In this document: one piece after another, positions 53,196-64,000 of the stretch
Layout: the number at the start of each line of letters is the position of its first letter
How positions within the stretch are numbered: the first letter of the stretch is position 1
Source of the DNA: Utricularia gibba
Lineage: Eukaryota; Plantae; Magnoliophyta
Length of the DNA stretch: 64,000 bases
Assembly: GCA_002189035.1 (NCBI GenBank)
Contig: NEEC01000015.1
Coordinates: forward strand, 1,426,001 to 1,490,000
Direction: 5' to 3'
The notes under the pieces: generated by a model
The model's input: the letters and a program-made list of their open reading frames with translations, nothing else
Database searches by the model: none
What the model was told of the DNA's origin: nothing
Position numbers and translations under genes: made by a program

Positions 53196-54912
53196 CTAGT
53201 TGCAAGTCTTCCATTGAGATATACCTTGGACGAGTTGATGAGGAAGAGCGGTTGCCCATGAATCCAAGTCTGGTAAACACCCAGTCAGAGCCATGTAGTT
53301 TTCCCCTGCATCTTTTGGCATCTTTTTCCAACAAACCTGAAGTTGAAGATAGCATCAAACCAGAACCGGATAACTTTGAGCCTGTAGCTTATGTCTCTGC
53401 AAATGGACTCCAAGATGGCTGTTACCTGACCAGGAAAAGCTTTACACAGAGCTCTAATGCAAGCATTCGCTTTCCAAGACTCATCTATACCATGAAGCGC
53501 ATCATCTCCACCCCCACAGTTGATCATTAAACGACCGTTCAGCATCAGTCTGCTGTGGAGTTCCAGCCAAGTGTCTGCCTGCTTGGTTTTGAGCAAAAAT
53601 GTACTTTTAGAAGCTGTTTTTCAAGTCCATAAGGAATGGTAAAAAAAAATTGTCAAGCCTGGGAGATGAGAGAAATGCCTGTTCTAGTTGAGGTAAAACC
53701 TTGCCATTCATAAATAAATCAACTATGATCCCTGCATTTGAATCAAGCACTGATGAACTATGAAGTATATTGCAGTCATTAGTCTATGTGAAGGTGATAC
53801 TACAGCTCCATTGATGGTTCTAAAACAAAAACTACATTCATCTCGCCATAGTGCTAAAATAGAAGCTGAAGCACCACATGCGTCATATTGCTCATGATGA
53901 AGAACATTGTACATACTACAAGAATCTCTTACCAGCATATCTTCCAGAAACTGAAACAGTGTCTGAAGAAAACACATCACCGATGTGAATATTAAGTACT
54001 CCACCGGCACTAGACGGCTGCTCAAGGGATGAGAGACCAAGATACTCCCGTGCTTGGTCTATTAGCTATGGCATCAAGAACCAGAAAGCAAGACCAGTAA
54101 ATAATGGAGAAGTAGGCATATTGTGGCAACACACATCAAATAAGCACACTATTCATTATCTTTGAGTCAAGAAGATATTCGATCAATTACAATGTGGTCT
54201 ATCTCCCATCCTTCCAGCTGCAATGAGGGCCATAGATCAAGTATTAGATGTGCAGCTGTGCCTCCACCCTGAAGTTATTTAACCTGTCATTGCTGCAAAG
54301 GTATCATCTTTTAAGGAAAATGAAGACGTTTGTTGTTACCAAGCCATATATCGCGATTGGGCCGCGGGGAACAATACAAGGCAATGCTGCAAACTCATCC
54401 TACAAAAAAAAAAAAAAATGCAAGACAGGGAACAATCCAGTCATCTCATCTCAGAGTACAACTGAGAAAAGGGCACAAATATGAACATACCCAGTAAGAT
54501 CCAGTCCATTTCCCGTCCTTGTTGAGCATGCTGTGAATATTATCTGAACAGAAGTAGTCACAGAAGAAGCTAGCGTGAAAAATTCAGACCCATTTCATCA
54601 TAAACAGGGGAGCCACCTACGCGTCGAGTCGAGAAGAAGAATCCTCGATTCTTTGGTATCAACGATGAGGATTTCATTATAGCCTGTCTGAATAGCTGTT
54701 ACAACTCGGTACTCTGGTTCCTGAGCATCACTCTGTGTCTCGTCGGGAAGGGATTCCTGCAACAGGGGCGTTTTCGATTCCTCGCATTGTATTCTGCCCT
54801 TCTTTCGAGAAATTGGGGATTGCAGAAATTTGGGTGATGTGAAGGAGAAATGGCGCCAACGGGGAGGAAGAAGAAGATAAGGAGGGGGAGTTAGTTGACA
54901 TAAGGAGCCCAT
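53196..54912 (-). CDS. SAM-dependent methyltransferase-fold (spermidine-synthase-like) protein with transit-peptide-like N-terminus, 8 exons
   Basis: GPIAIYGL|GGGTAAHL (SAM motif I), GWEIDHIL, IHIGDVF, GIIVDLF and LMINCGG. Last exon VCWKKMPK...QWKTCN*. Intron 6 has a GC donor. Confidence 0.85.
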
Positions 54913-55548
54913 CAGAATCTTCCTTTGCAATCACTTGTCACATTAATTGATATAGTAAAAAATTATAATAAATACAATTCAATTTTCGATGATTATGAAG
55001 AATTTAATTCTAAAGTTTTAAAATAATAAAAAACATCTTATCAAAATAATATAACAAAAATCCAAACGATTTTAAAATTTTTTAAAAAACAAATCGATTT
55101 ACAATATTGTGAACTAGTTTTGATTTCATAGTTAACAAAATTCTATGCTAAGTTTTTTCATATTTGCATATGGATTTAGATGAATCAAAATCTCTTATTA
55201 ATATTATATCACATTCACATCCAGTTATGTGAGGATAAGACCATTAAAGTAGAAGCAATGTAAATTGTGAATATTGTTCATAATGATACACTATTATAAT
55301 AATGTTAGTATTAAAATCGATTAATTTTAATAATTTGAGAAGTTAAATATATAATTTTATATGTTTGATGACAAATTCTTTATAAAAAAGTTAAGTTAAA
55401 GATTTAATGTAATTTTGAAACTTATCAATTAAACTTTTTATACTAATTATAACTTGCAAAATCCAATGCAAAATATCCAACACGAGACAAGTTTTATTGA
55501 AATCTCTCATCACCCAATACAGCAGAGAACAATGGTGACAACTGAAGA

Positions 55549-57816
55549 TCAATCCTCAAAGGTTTCCTTTGAATGTTGGCTTCGAGTTTCGAGTTTCTTC
55601 AGAGCATTTCTAAGCTCTAGTTGGGCGCTTGGCCTCTCTTGGCTCAACACCACATCATGCCAAATGGAACCGGTTTCATTTAGTTGCTTCTGATCTTCGT
55701 ACAACTCATACACTGAATCAGCTTCATGGTTCAAGCTGCTCACTAACTTCAACCACTTTATCTCCTTTTGATCCACCAGCAGATTGCTCCTCCCATCCTT
55801 CCAAGCTATCAGCTGGTGCACATTTGAATATGGATTAGTTGACACTTGACACTTCGCCGGAAACATGCTTCACAGCTTACCTTTGGTGGCTCTCCGATGA
55901 CGGTCGTAGAGTACAGTTGTGCATTGTCGACAAGCTTCGAGTACTTGAGAAATGCTGTGGCAAATCTCTGGTGGGATCTTAGCTGCGACTTCACCCTGAC
56001 TGCTCTCCTCATTTCAATGGCTCTCCTGCAATTCACGAATCTTGGTTGCAAATTGCATTTACATACTATAAGGCAACACTTTGCAGCTGATCATCAACAG
56101 CAGACCTTATGCCTCTTACAACTGCAAGATAAGGGTCGCAGACAACTCCTACGAGCTCAATCCTGTAAGGCCTTCTGGCCCTGACTCCACCCTCCACCTC
56201 TTCTGCATTGTCATCATCCGCAGTGGCCCAATAATTCTCTGTAATGATTCCCTCATCACTTACCTTGTAACCTTCTCCCATTCGATAGCGGTGTCTGTGC
56301 ACATTCCTTGCCATCGCTATTGTTTGCTCAACAAACGGCTCCCATGACATCGTGCCGTCCATGATTACATCTCGGCCCTCGTTCAGTGCTGTAACCAAGA
56401 GTGATGACGCAGCATCAGTCGACGACTGGTGCACCTGCAGAACTCATGTGTCACGATTTGGTGCATTCAAAAGCTCAGTAAGAAGAAGTATTAGTTGCTG
56501 ATAGACAAGTTACGAGCTCAGCCGTCTGCAACATGTCGTGGTGATGCCCCCGTGAGCTCAGTGCCCGGTAGATGACGTCTGTTTGCTTGAAGGCATCGGC
56601 CTCAACGACGACGATGTTCCCGCCGATCCCTGACCAAAAAGATCTGGCCGGCGACACGTAACAAAAAAACAGTTTACTTGTAAGCCATGAGAATGAGGCG
56701 AAGAATTGTTGGAATTACTCTTTCATGATATCCTTGAGGACAGTGCTTTTACCGGCGCCCATGCCCCCGCCCATCAGGAGGAGGACCGGACACCGCTCGG
56801 TGACGGCCGCCGGAACCATTACTTGTGAGTGGTTTATTAGGTTTCCACCTGGCGGGGCTCTTATGGCTTTCATTTCTTCTACCAATGTGGTAAACATTCT
56901 CGTCACCTTCAACTCCTTCGTTATCTTTTGGAATCTCTGGTCTCTGGTACAATCCAATACATTTCTTTTTTATTATTATTACGTTCAACAATGGGAAAGG
57001 GAAATAGGAGAAGGAGAAAAGTAAAGATCGGGCAGGCATCAACTGACCTCGTAGCCGCCATTACGACACTTCTGAGCTTCTTCTGATCTGAGTCAACGCT
57101 CAAAAGCTGCATCCCAAGTGAGTCATTGAAATTTCTCGGAGGAAAAAGAAAAAGAAGAAGATTGAAGATTGTTCATTTTCAGAATCATGTTACAGTTGGC
57201 AGTCTAACGTGCAGAGGTTGAGTTAAAGAAATGGATCAAGGGGTACTTCAAAAGAGAAGCATGATGACATGGCGTGCCTGGGAGATCATCTGTGGAGCTT
57301 GGCTCCAATGAAACGCGAAGTAGCCAAAGATGCATCTTTCGAACTCTTCCACCATTTTCAGATACAAATCCTCGCAGTTGGGCTCACTCGACAAATACTC
57401 CAACATCTTCTCCTCAATTCCTTGTGATTTCTTCAGATATTCGTGTCCTAATCTGATCGCTTGTGGGCACTCACCCTCATCCTCAAAACCTATTTGCCTA
57501 GCTGCTTTCATCGCAACCTGGTTAATAACAGTCACGTCACACTTGGAAAAGGAATTTGGTGCGCACCAAGATAGTGGGAGAAACTCTCTATTTTCGTTCC
57601 TTGCCGGATAGGAGCCACGCGGTGGAGACCATTTGAACGACGGCGGCGACGGACAAGGAGGATGGCTATGGCGACGACGTGGAGTAGGGTGACGGCGTTG
57701 GCAGAGAAAACTGTGGTGGTACGCATTCTGAGAGCTGAAAATACTGCAACTGGATAAACAGAAGGATGCCGATAACAAGACTCACCTCGATCTGCAGCAG
57801 ATGCCTGAGAATTCAT
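55549..57816 (-). CDS. P-loop NTPase with zeta-toxin domain, calmodulin/Ca2+-dependent NAD kinase (NADKc)-like, 9 exons
   Basis: N-terminal hydrophobic helix plus RRRRR, IESFSHYL|ARQIGF, Walker A LMGGGMGAGKST, VEADAFK, VHQSSTDAASSLLVTALNEGRDVIMDGT and AVRVKSQLRSHQRFA. Intron 3 has a GC donor. Confidence 0.87.
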
Positions 57817-58820
57817 GGCTGCCGGCAGGACGCGGTGACAGTAGATGTTATTCATAGGGGAATGAAACCCAAACTTCTTCCATGTGTAGTAATGAACTGA
57901 TGGGGGGTCCCTTTTCAGGTTGTCGTTGCTACTCTTCTGCCTCCACCTAGTCTTTTTATTACATTACATAGGAGGTTGAAAAAAACCCCCCACCTTGATT
58001 TTCCCCAATAAATCACACCATTTATTTGAATCACAATTTATTCATTGTTTTTGGTGAGCTAATTGTGTTAAAAAAAAAAAAAAAGGCAAAACAGGATACA
58101 ATCACTAGTATGAAGTTCACACTTGTCCATACTATCCAAAAATCTTAAAAGTCAATTGTTAGTAAAATATTAATATATTTAAATATAATATATTTGAATA
58201 TGTATATATTAAATTATATAATATTTTATATACGAGAATAGAATTCAATTATTTAAATGGTATAGATATAATTCATTTTCATTTATTTTATTTGTGTATG
58301 TCATTTATATATTCAAAAAATAAGTATATTATTGATATAATCATATAAATTTAATATATATATATATATTATTTAATTAAACAACAATTTATGTGTAAAT
58401 TTATGTATAAATAAAAAGTGGCATAGACACATGAAGACATGCATAGGCAAAAGTACTTTAGACAAAAAAAAAAAAAAAAAAAAAAAACCCTGTTTTTAAG
58501 TAGTGCGAATGGGGCTGGGCCTCCAAGGAAGCTGTTCCCTGTTGGGTTGATAGGACATGGAACGATTACAATATAGTTTTCACTTCTTTTCCCGAAATAA
58601 AAAGATAAATTGATTTTTTTAAAACAACTTTATTTAATTTTTATTTATTTTATAATAAAATATAAATTTACAATTTACAATTAATTTAAAAATTCTAAAA
58701 TTTGAATTAATAATAATTAAATAAAAATTAATTTTTATATATTTTAAAATTATATTTATACTTTTGTATTAAATTTTAAAATATATAATTTAATGTATTA
58801 AATTAAATAATATTATATTA

Positions 58821-59521
58821 TATCATCTTACAAAATAATTTTACAATCTAAAATTTCTCACAATCACCCTTAAAATCAATTATACATACTACCACTGCCC
58901 CAGCGATACCGTTTTCCTAGGATTCTCATCTAAACTGGGACACCCCATTAGCAGAATCACCTACAAGAAGACAAGACAAATATGAAGTGGGGGAGGAAGA
59001 GCAAGAAATGGAAGGGGAAGTTCATCTCTAACCACAATGCGAAGATGCTAAAGCAAGCATGGCTCCACAAAATTTGTATCCATCTCACCACATCCATCAT
59101 CTGTCCCCTTTTTTTTTTTTTTTTTTATCAACTTCCGAGATGATGTCATATAGAACTCTATCATATTATATTACAAAATAAATTTACAATCTAAAATACG
59201 ATAGTTTGCCTTACAATCAAGCATAGCTACCCTCAGGGAAGTGTCCCTGATTCTACCAGTCCTCCAACAATACTGTTCCATCTAAACTGGGACACCCCAT
59301 TTGCTGAGTCACCTACGAGAAGATAGATATGAAGTGGGGGAGGAAGGGGAAGAAATGGAAGGGCAAGTTCATCTCTAACACACAATGTGCAGATGGTAAA
59401 GCAAGCGTGGCTCCACAGAATTTGTATCCATCTCAGCACATCATTCGCCTTTTTTTCTTTCCTTTCTGTCAACATGTGTCGGCATGTTTTCTTATGGATG
59501 GTGTCATGTGGAACTCTATCA
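58821..59521. repeat. Diverged two-copy tandem duplication, period ~352-358 bp
   Basis: atctaaactgggacacccc occurs at 58928 and 59280; gaactctatcat occurs at 59153 and 59511. A purine-rich core (tatgaagtgggggaggaag...ggctccaca...tttgtatccatctca) is shared. Confidence 0.9.
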
Positions 59522-60768
59522 TCTCGGCTTTCTCTAGCTACGGTACTACTGTGCAGCATCTTCAAACCCCGAGGCCGAGCCTCTCCATCGTCCTCTTCCT
59601 CCTCCTAAAGAGAAAGATAGTGGAGAGTACATGACATGAAAGCTGCATCCCTCGAAACACACAGGCACCAGCAACCTAAAGGACCTCAAATTGTCAATTG
59701 CTGAGTGTATTGAATGTGGCAATTGTTTAAATTCAAGATACGGTGTGTAAGATGGGTCCATACACAAAGTCTAAATATAAAAAAATATAGATCATATTAA
59801 AAGAAATTAGACTCAATTAATTATCAATAATTTATAATTTTTTACATATTTAATCGTTCTATTTTTATAATTTGATGTAGAATTACTTGTTCTAATAGCA
59901 ATATAACATTTGGGATTATCAACACAAGACTTTGCTTTCCTTTTGTTTCCTTGTAATATCCACACTGAAGCGCTGCGCTACCCACTTGTATTTTCGTGCA
60001 TCATGCCTTGGCAAAATCACAAAACCTTCCCTGTTGTGTTATCTCATGTGATTGAATTCGGTTCAATGAAAATACCTCTTTACAAGAAAAAAAGAATAGA
60101 AACATATAATTATTTATTAACTTTAAGAAATTATACAAATTCAATTTATGTTTTATTATCGCAAATCGAGTGAATGAAAAACATTTCAGACAAGTTGTAT
60201 ATTCTTTAACAGAACTAGTTAAAAATATATATTTTATAAGGTACTAATGGATATGAATACAAGAAATCAATATTTTTGAAAGACTGATTTTGTATAAACA
60301 GATAACTAATGAGTTAGATGTTTTAGAAAAAAACGAAATCAAATCAAAATATAGTTTTTGCTCAAAAACTTTGTTATAAAATATAATTTTAATAATTTAA
60401 ACAGAATTATTCTCCAATAATGAGGTGAATATAATCATGTATTACATACCCTAATTTTAGGGCTAAATAAATTTACCCCCAATTTAAGGGCTATTATATT
60501 ATATTTACCAGTCGGATTTCTGAATATTCCCACTTTTAATCGTCCACGTGGTTGAAATTAAATGCTCACCGGCATCTCGCGCAACATTTAATAGTATTTC
60601 TTTTTTATTATTTCCCCGGTAAAAAATTAATTCCTTTTGCTTCTTTTCTTTCGTTATCCAAATTTATTTCCTTTCGCTGTGGATGGTATTATTATTCGCA
60701 TGGAATCACCTTTTTTATTTATCGGGCAATAAAAAATATATTTTTAATACTGAATTTAAAGAGCAGAT

Positions 60769-60796
60769 TCTCTCTCTCTCTCTCTCTCTCTCTCTC
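60769..60796. repeat. (TC)14 microsatellite in the presumptive leader/promoter of the DUF668 gene
   Basis: Read directly. CT-rich tracts are typical of plant 5' leaders. Confidence 0.9.
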
Positions 60797-61200
60797 CCCC
60801 TCCCTGGGAACTGCAAGACGAACGCCGCGTTGGAAAAGTGGGCTTGTCCCGGCCAAGAATACTGTCTCTTTTCTTCCCTCCGTCCACATTTGTCTGCGCC
60901 TTCAGACTCTCCGTCAAATCATATCAATTCATACGGATTTCGAGACGCTTTGTTGCTGGCCCACGCTTGCACGAACTTTGAGCGCTCGGGGTCTGGGGTT
61001 CGGCAGTCTCTTCAAGTGTTCTCATGCATGGTCACAGACCCAGTTGGAGGAACAACGACTTGAAGTTGAAGTTCTGAGATTTTGATTATTTCATGTGGGT
61101 TTTCGCGCAACTGGTAAAATTTATGGGGGGACGGGGATAGGGACGTCTGCGAACGGTTGCGGTGAGCGGAATTTCTTGGCTTGAGATCTTTGTAGGGAAG

Positions 61201-62913
61201 ATGTTGTTGGAGCCCTGGATGCGGCTGAGTAATGGGTAATCAGGTGAGTAATAGCTTTGGCCATGGTTTGTATTTCGAGAGTGCGATGAAGTTTTCTGGG
61301 AAAAAACAGGGTGTTGTAGAGAAACAGACTACAATTGGCATACTGTCTTTTGAAGTTGCTAATGTCATGTCCAAGATTATTCATCTTCACAAATCGTTGA
61401 CAGAAACTGAGATTCTGAAGCTGAAAAATGACATTTTTAAGTCTTCAGGGATCAGAGCTCTGGTTTGTTGTGATGAAAGGAAGCTTCTTGATCTTGCACT
61501 GGCAGAGAAACTCGAGGATGTGAACAGGGTTGCAAGTGCTGTGTCCAGATTAGGGAAAAAATGTACAATCCCAGCTTTACAGGGATTTGAACACATTTAC
61601 GAGGATATTGTTGGTGGGATTGTTGATGTGAAGGACTTGAGTTTTCTTGTTAAAGACATGGAAAGTTGTGTTCGTAAAATGGAAAGATTTGTTAGCTCCA
61701 CAGCCAGTTTATACGACGAAATAGAGGTAATGAATAAGCTGGAGGTAACAACCAAGAAGTTTCAGCAGAATCGGCATCAGGAAAGCAGAGAAGCTTTTGA
61801 GCAGAAGCTGTTATGGCAGAAGCAAGATGTGAATCGTTTGAAGGATATCTCACTGTGGAACCAGACATTTGATAAAGTAGTTGAGCTGTTGGGAAGATCT
61901 GTTTGCACCATTTATGCTCGACTACATGCTGTTTTAACAGAGGCTCGTTACAGTACTTCGATTTCGCTACCGGAAGTATCATCAAATGGTTGTTTACCAT
62001 ACATGGATGGCGATTCATGGCAGCAATCCAGTAATTTAAGTACTGCTATGAAGTGCCAAACAAAGGCAACATCTGTTTTCACCAAAACAAGGGTTCTTGT
62101 CCTGAAAAGAAAGCAGCAACTTTTACAGGATACCGTTCAGGAGACTTAACCAATGCCTGTGGTATGGGAGCAGGAAGGCTGCTTATGCAATGCTTAACCC
62201 TGAGTAGCCCTGTTTCCAAACTGGACTGCGATCAAGATGATGATCAGAGAAGTCAAATCTCCAGCTTGTCCATAGCCGATAGTGTCGAACCAACTCTTTC
62301 CCAAAGCATCACCTTTGATCACCAGAGAAGATCTAAAACAAGTTCAGCTAATGGAGTGAACTGGGAACGTGCTGCACTTGATGCGTCCCCTAGCACTATT
62401 GGAGGGTCTGCTTTATCCCTTCATTATGCAAATGTGATCATAGTAATCGAGAAGCTTCTCCGATATCCACATCTGATCGGGGAAGAAGCTAGACACGAGC
62501 TATACCAGATGCTCCCAACCAGCCTTCGAAAGAAGCTGAAGAAAAATCTGAAGTCATACACAAAAGATTTAGCAATTTATGATGCCCCAGTTGCTCATGA
62601 CTGGAGTGAGCGTCTTGAACATGTGCTCAAGTGGCTCAGCCCGCTTGCACACAACACGATCAGGTGGCAAAGTGAGCGAAACTTTGAGCAGCAGCAGATC
62701 GTCAGCAGGACAAATGTACTTTTGCTTCAGACATTATACTTTGCTGACAGAGAAAAAACAGAAACAGCAATTTGTGAACTTCTTGTCGGATTGAACTACA
62801 TCTGCAGATACGAGCAACAGCAAAATGCTTTGCTGGATTGCGCAAGCAGTTTTGACTTCGAAGACTGCACTGAGTGGCAGCCACAGTTCGCTGCTACTGC
62901 TACATTTCATTAG
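61201..62913 (+). CDS. DUF3475 + DUF668 protein (PSK-SIMULATOR/At3g23160-like), intronless, with apparent frameshifts at ~61230 and within 62035-62149
   Basis: GILSFEVANVMSK (DUF3475), ISLWNQTFDKVVELL, CGMGAGRLLMQCL, and STIGGSALSLHYANVIIVIEKLL...LYQMLP...QTLYFADREKTE (DUF668), split over frames. Confidence 0.85.
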
Positions 62914-63298
62914 TGATGCGTAGTTGAAGTATAGAGTGATTTTATGTTGACATTTGTAACCACTTGTCATATTTGTGATACTTCATCTGTTTCAAAGCAG
63001 ATCACTTGTTCTTTTTCTGAAAACAAGGGTGTATTCCATTCGAATGCCTATAAGATTCCAAATAGAAAAAATGTAAAATGGTAAAAGTTTTGTGTACAAG
63101 ATGAAGTGGGATGTATTTTAGAATTGAGTTGTGTTTTGAGAAATTTATCCATCATATTACATATGTTCCTCATCCAAAATTGGAAACCATGTGCCACAAA
63201 AATGACAGTTTTATTATAGCAAAATGAGGGCAGGTAAAGCTGCTTATTGACCTTCGTTTCACGACAACTGTGTAGTTGCCGTACGGTCGCTCTCTTCC

Positions 63299-63709
63299 TC
63301 ACTGACTATTTGTCCTAGTAATTTGCCATGGAGCGAACCGGAGGAGTTCCTTGGAATGCAGCCACGGCTTCACTACTACAACCGCGTTGAAGTTGTTGGC
63401 CTCTCCGCCGTGTGCGGTGGTGGCTCTGATCGTAAGATAATACTTCACTCCGGCAACGACTTGCGTCTCTGCTCTCACCACCTCCGTGAACACCAGCAAT
63501 TTGCTGCTGCTGCTGCGGCTTGCGTTGATCGTCCTCCGGTTGTATTCTCTGACGCAGAATCTCCCCAGTTCCTGTATCTCTTCATTGGATTCAACGTGCT
63601 TCACTTCCCTGCGGCCTCCCACTCTCCCTCCCGCAGAAACCGCCTCCTGCACGCACATCAGTAAAGTAAATCCCCATACGAGGACTAACAGGGCTCTGGC
63701 TTTCTCCAT
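63299..63709 (-). CDS. Phytocystatin (secreted, CYS5-like), single exon
   Basis: Signal peptide MEKARALLVLVWGF, N-terminal GG, ELGRFCV (LARFAV-like), QVVAG reactive loop and the PW motif. Confidence 0.92.
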   Translation of the reverse strand: MEKARALLVLVWGFTLLMCVQEAVSAGGRVGGRREVKHVESNEEIQELGRFCVREYNRRTINASRSSSSKLLVFTEVVRAETQVVAGVKYYLTIRATTAHGGEANNFNAVVVVKPWLHSKELLRFAPWQITRTNSQ

Positions 63710-64000
63710 TGCAACCTTCTCTTCTTCCCCCTTTTGATGCCTTTCTTCCACAGAAAACCTTGTAATTGTCGCAGTCACGAGGATGAGGATGAGAATGAGA
63801 ATGAGGCGGATTTATACGCATGATTGAGCAGGTGGCAGAGCACAGAAGAGGAGGTGGCAACTTCAAGGCGCCGCGTCTCTTGATAGGATTTCTCTGGTGA
63901 ATGTGTTGTGTTGGTGAATCCGGACAAAATGTGTCGATATTACCAAAAGGATTTCAATTGGGAATTGAGCAGTTCATTTTTGGAACGTGACACATTATCT

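Noticed and set aside
58465-58487. A23 tract, a possible retrocopy or SINE tail
   Set aside because: No TSD, Pol III boxes or recognisable upstream body.
58928-59450. The ~355-bp repeat cores as H/ACA snoRNA copies (both end near ACA-NNN and contain AGAAGA)
   Set aside because: The arm lengths do not fit and the purine-rich segment cannot form the required hairpin; no C/D boxes either.

Overview
Gene-dense eudicot (flowering plant) nuclear DNA. I assembled 21 protein-coding loci by reading exons and splice sites, about one per 3 kb. In order: SRT1 sirtuin (-), RAN1/HMA7 Cu-ATPase (-), SPO11-1 (+), a small DUF761-like membrane protein gene with three frameshifts (-), complex I 20.9-kDa subunit (+), WNK11-like kinase (+), two-RRM hnRNP-like protein with one frameshift (+), C2-domain protein (-), fimbrin (+), V-ATPase subunit e (+; absent from the ORF track), GH9B endoglucanase (-), SUMO (-), DNMT2 (+), DUF3537 (+), LEA_2 (+), Aux/IAA (-), class III peroxidase (+), SAM-methyltransferase-fold protein (-), zeta-toxin-fold calmodulin-dependent NAD kinase-like protein (-), DUF3475/DUF668 protein with frameshifts (+), and cystatin (-). 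I recognised no tRNA, rRNA, CRISPR array, known miRNA or intact transposon; AT-rich spacers hold only a few MITE-like foldbacks. I cannot support a wholly new biological system here. The best leads are: (i) an inverted, decayed copy of the peroxidase core promoter and start region 1.7 kb from the intact gene; (ii) a candidate non-AUG upstream ORF in the DUF668 leader; (iii) a diverged ~355-bp tandem duplication carrying exon-like units upstream of the NAD kinase; (iv) six frameshifts in three genes that are all repairable by adding bases, at short homopolymer runs where a site can be proposed (assembly artefact or real decay); and (v) four GC-AG introns among about 91. Family names come from my recognition of motifs, not from database searches.
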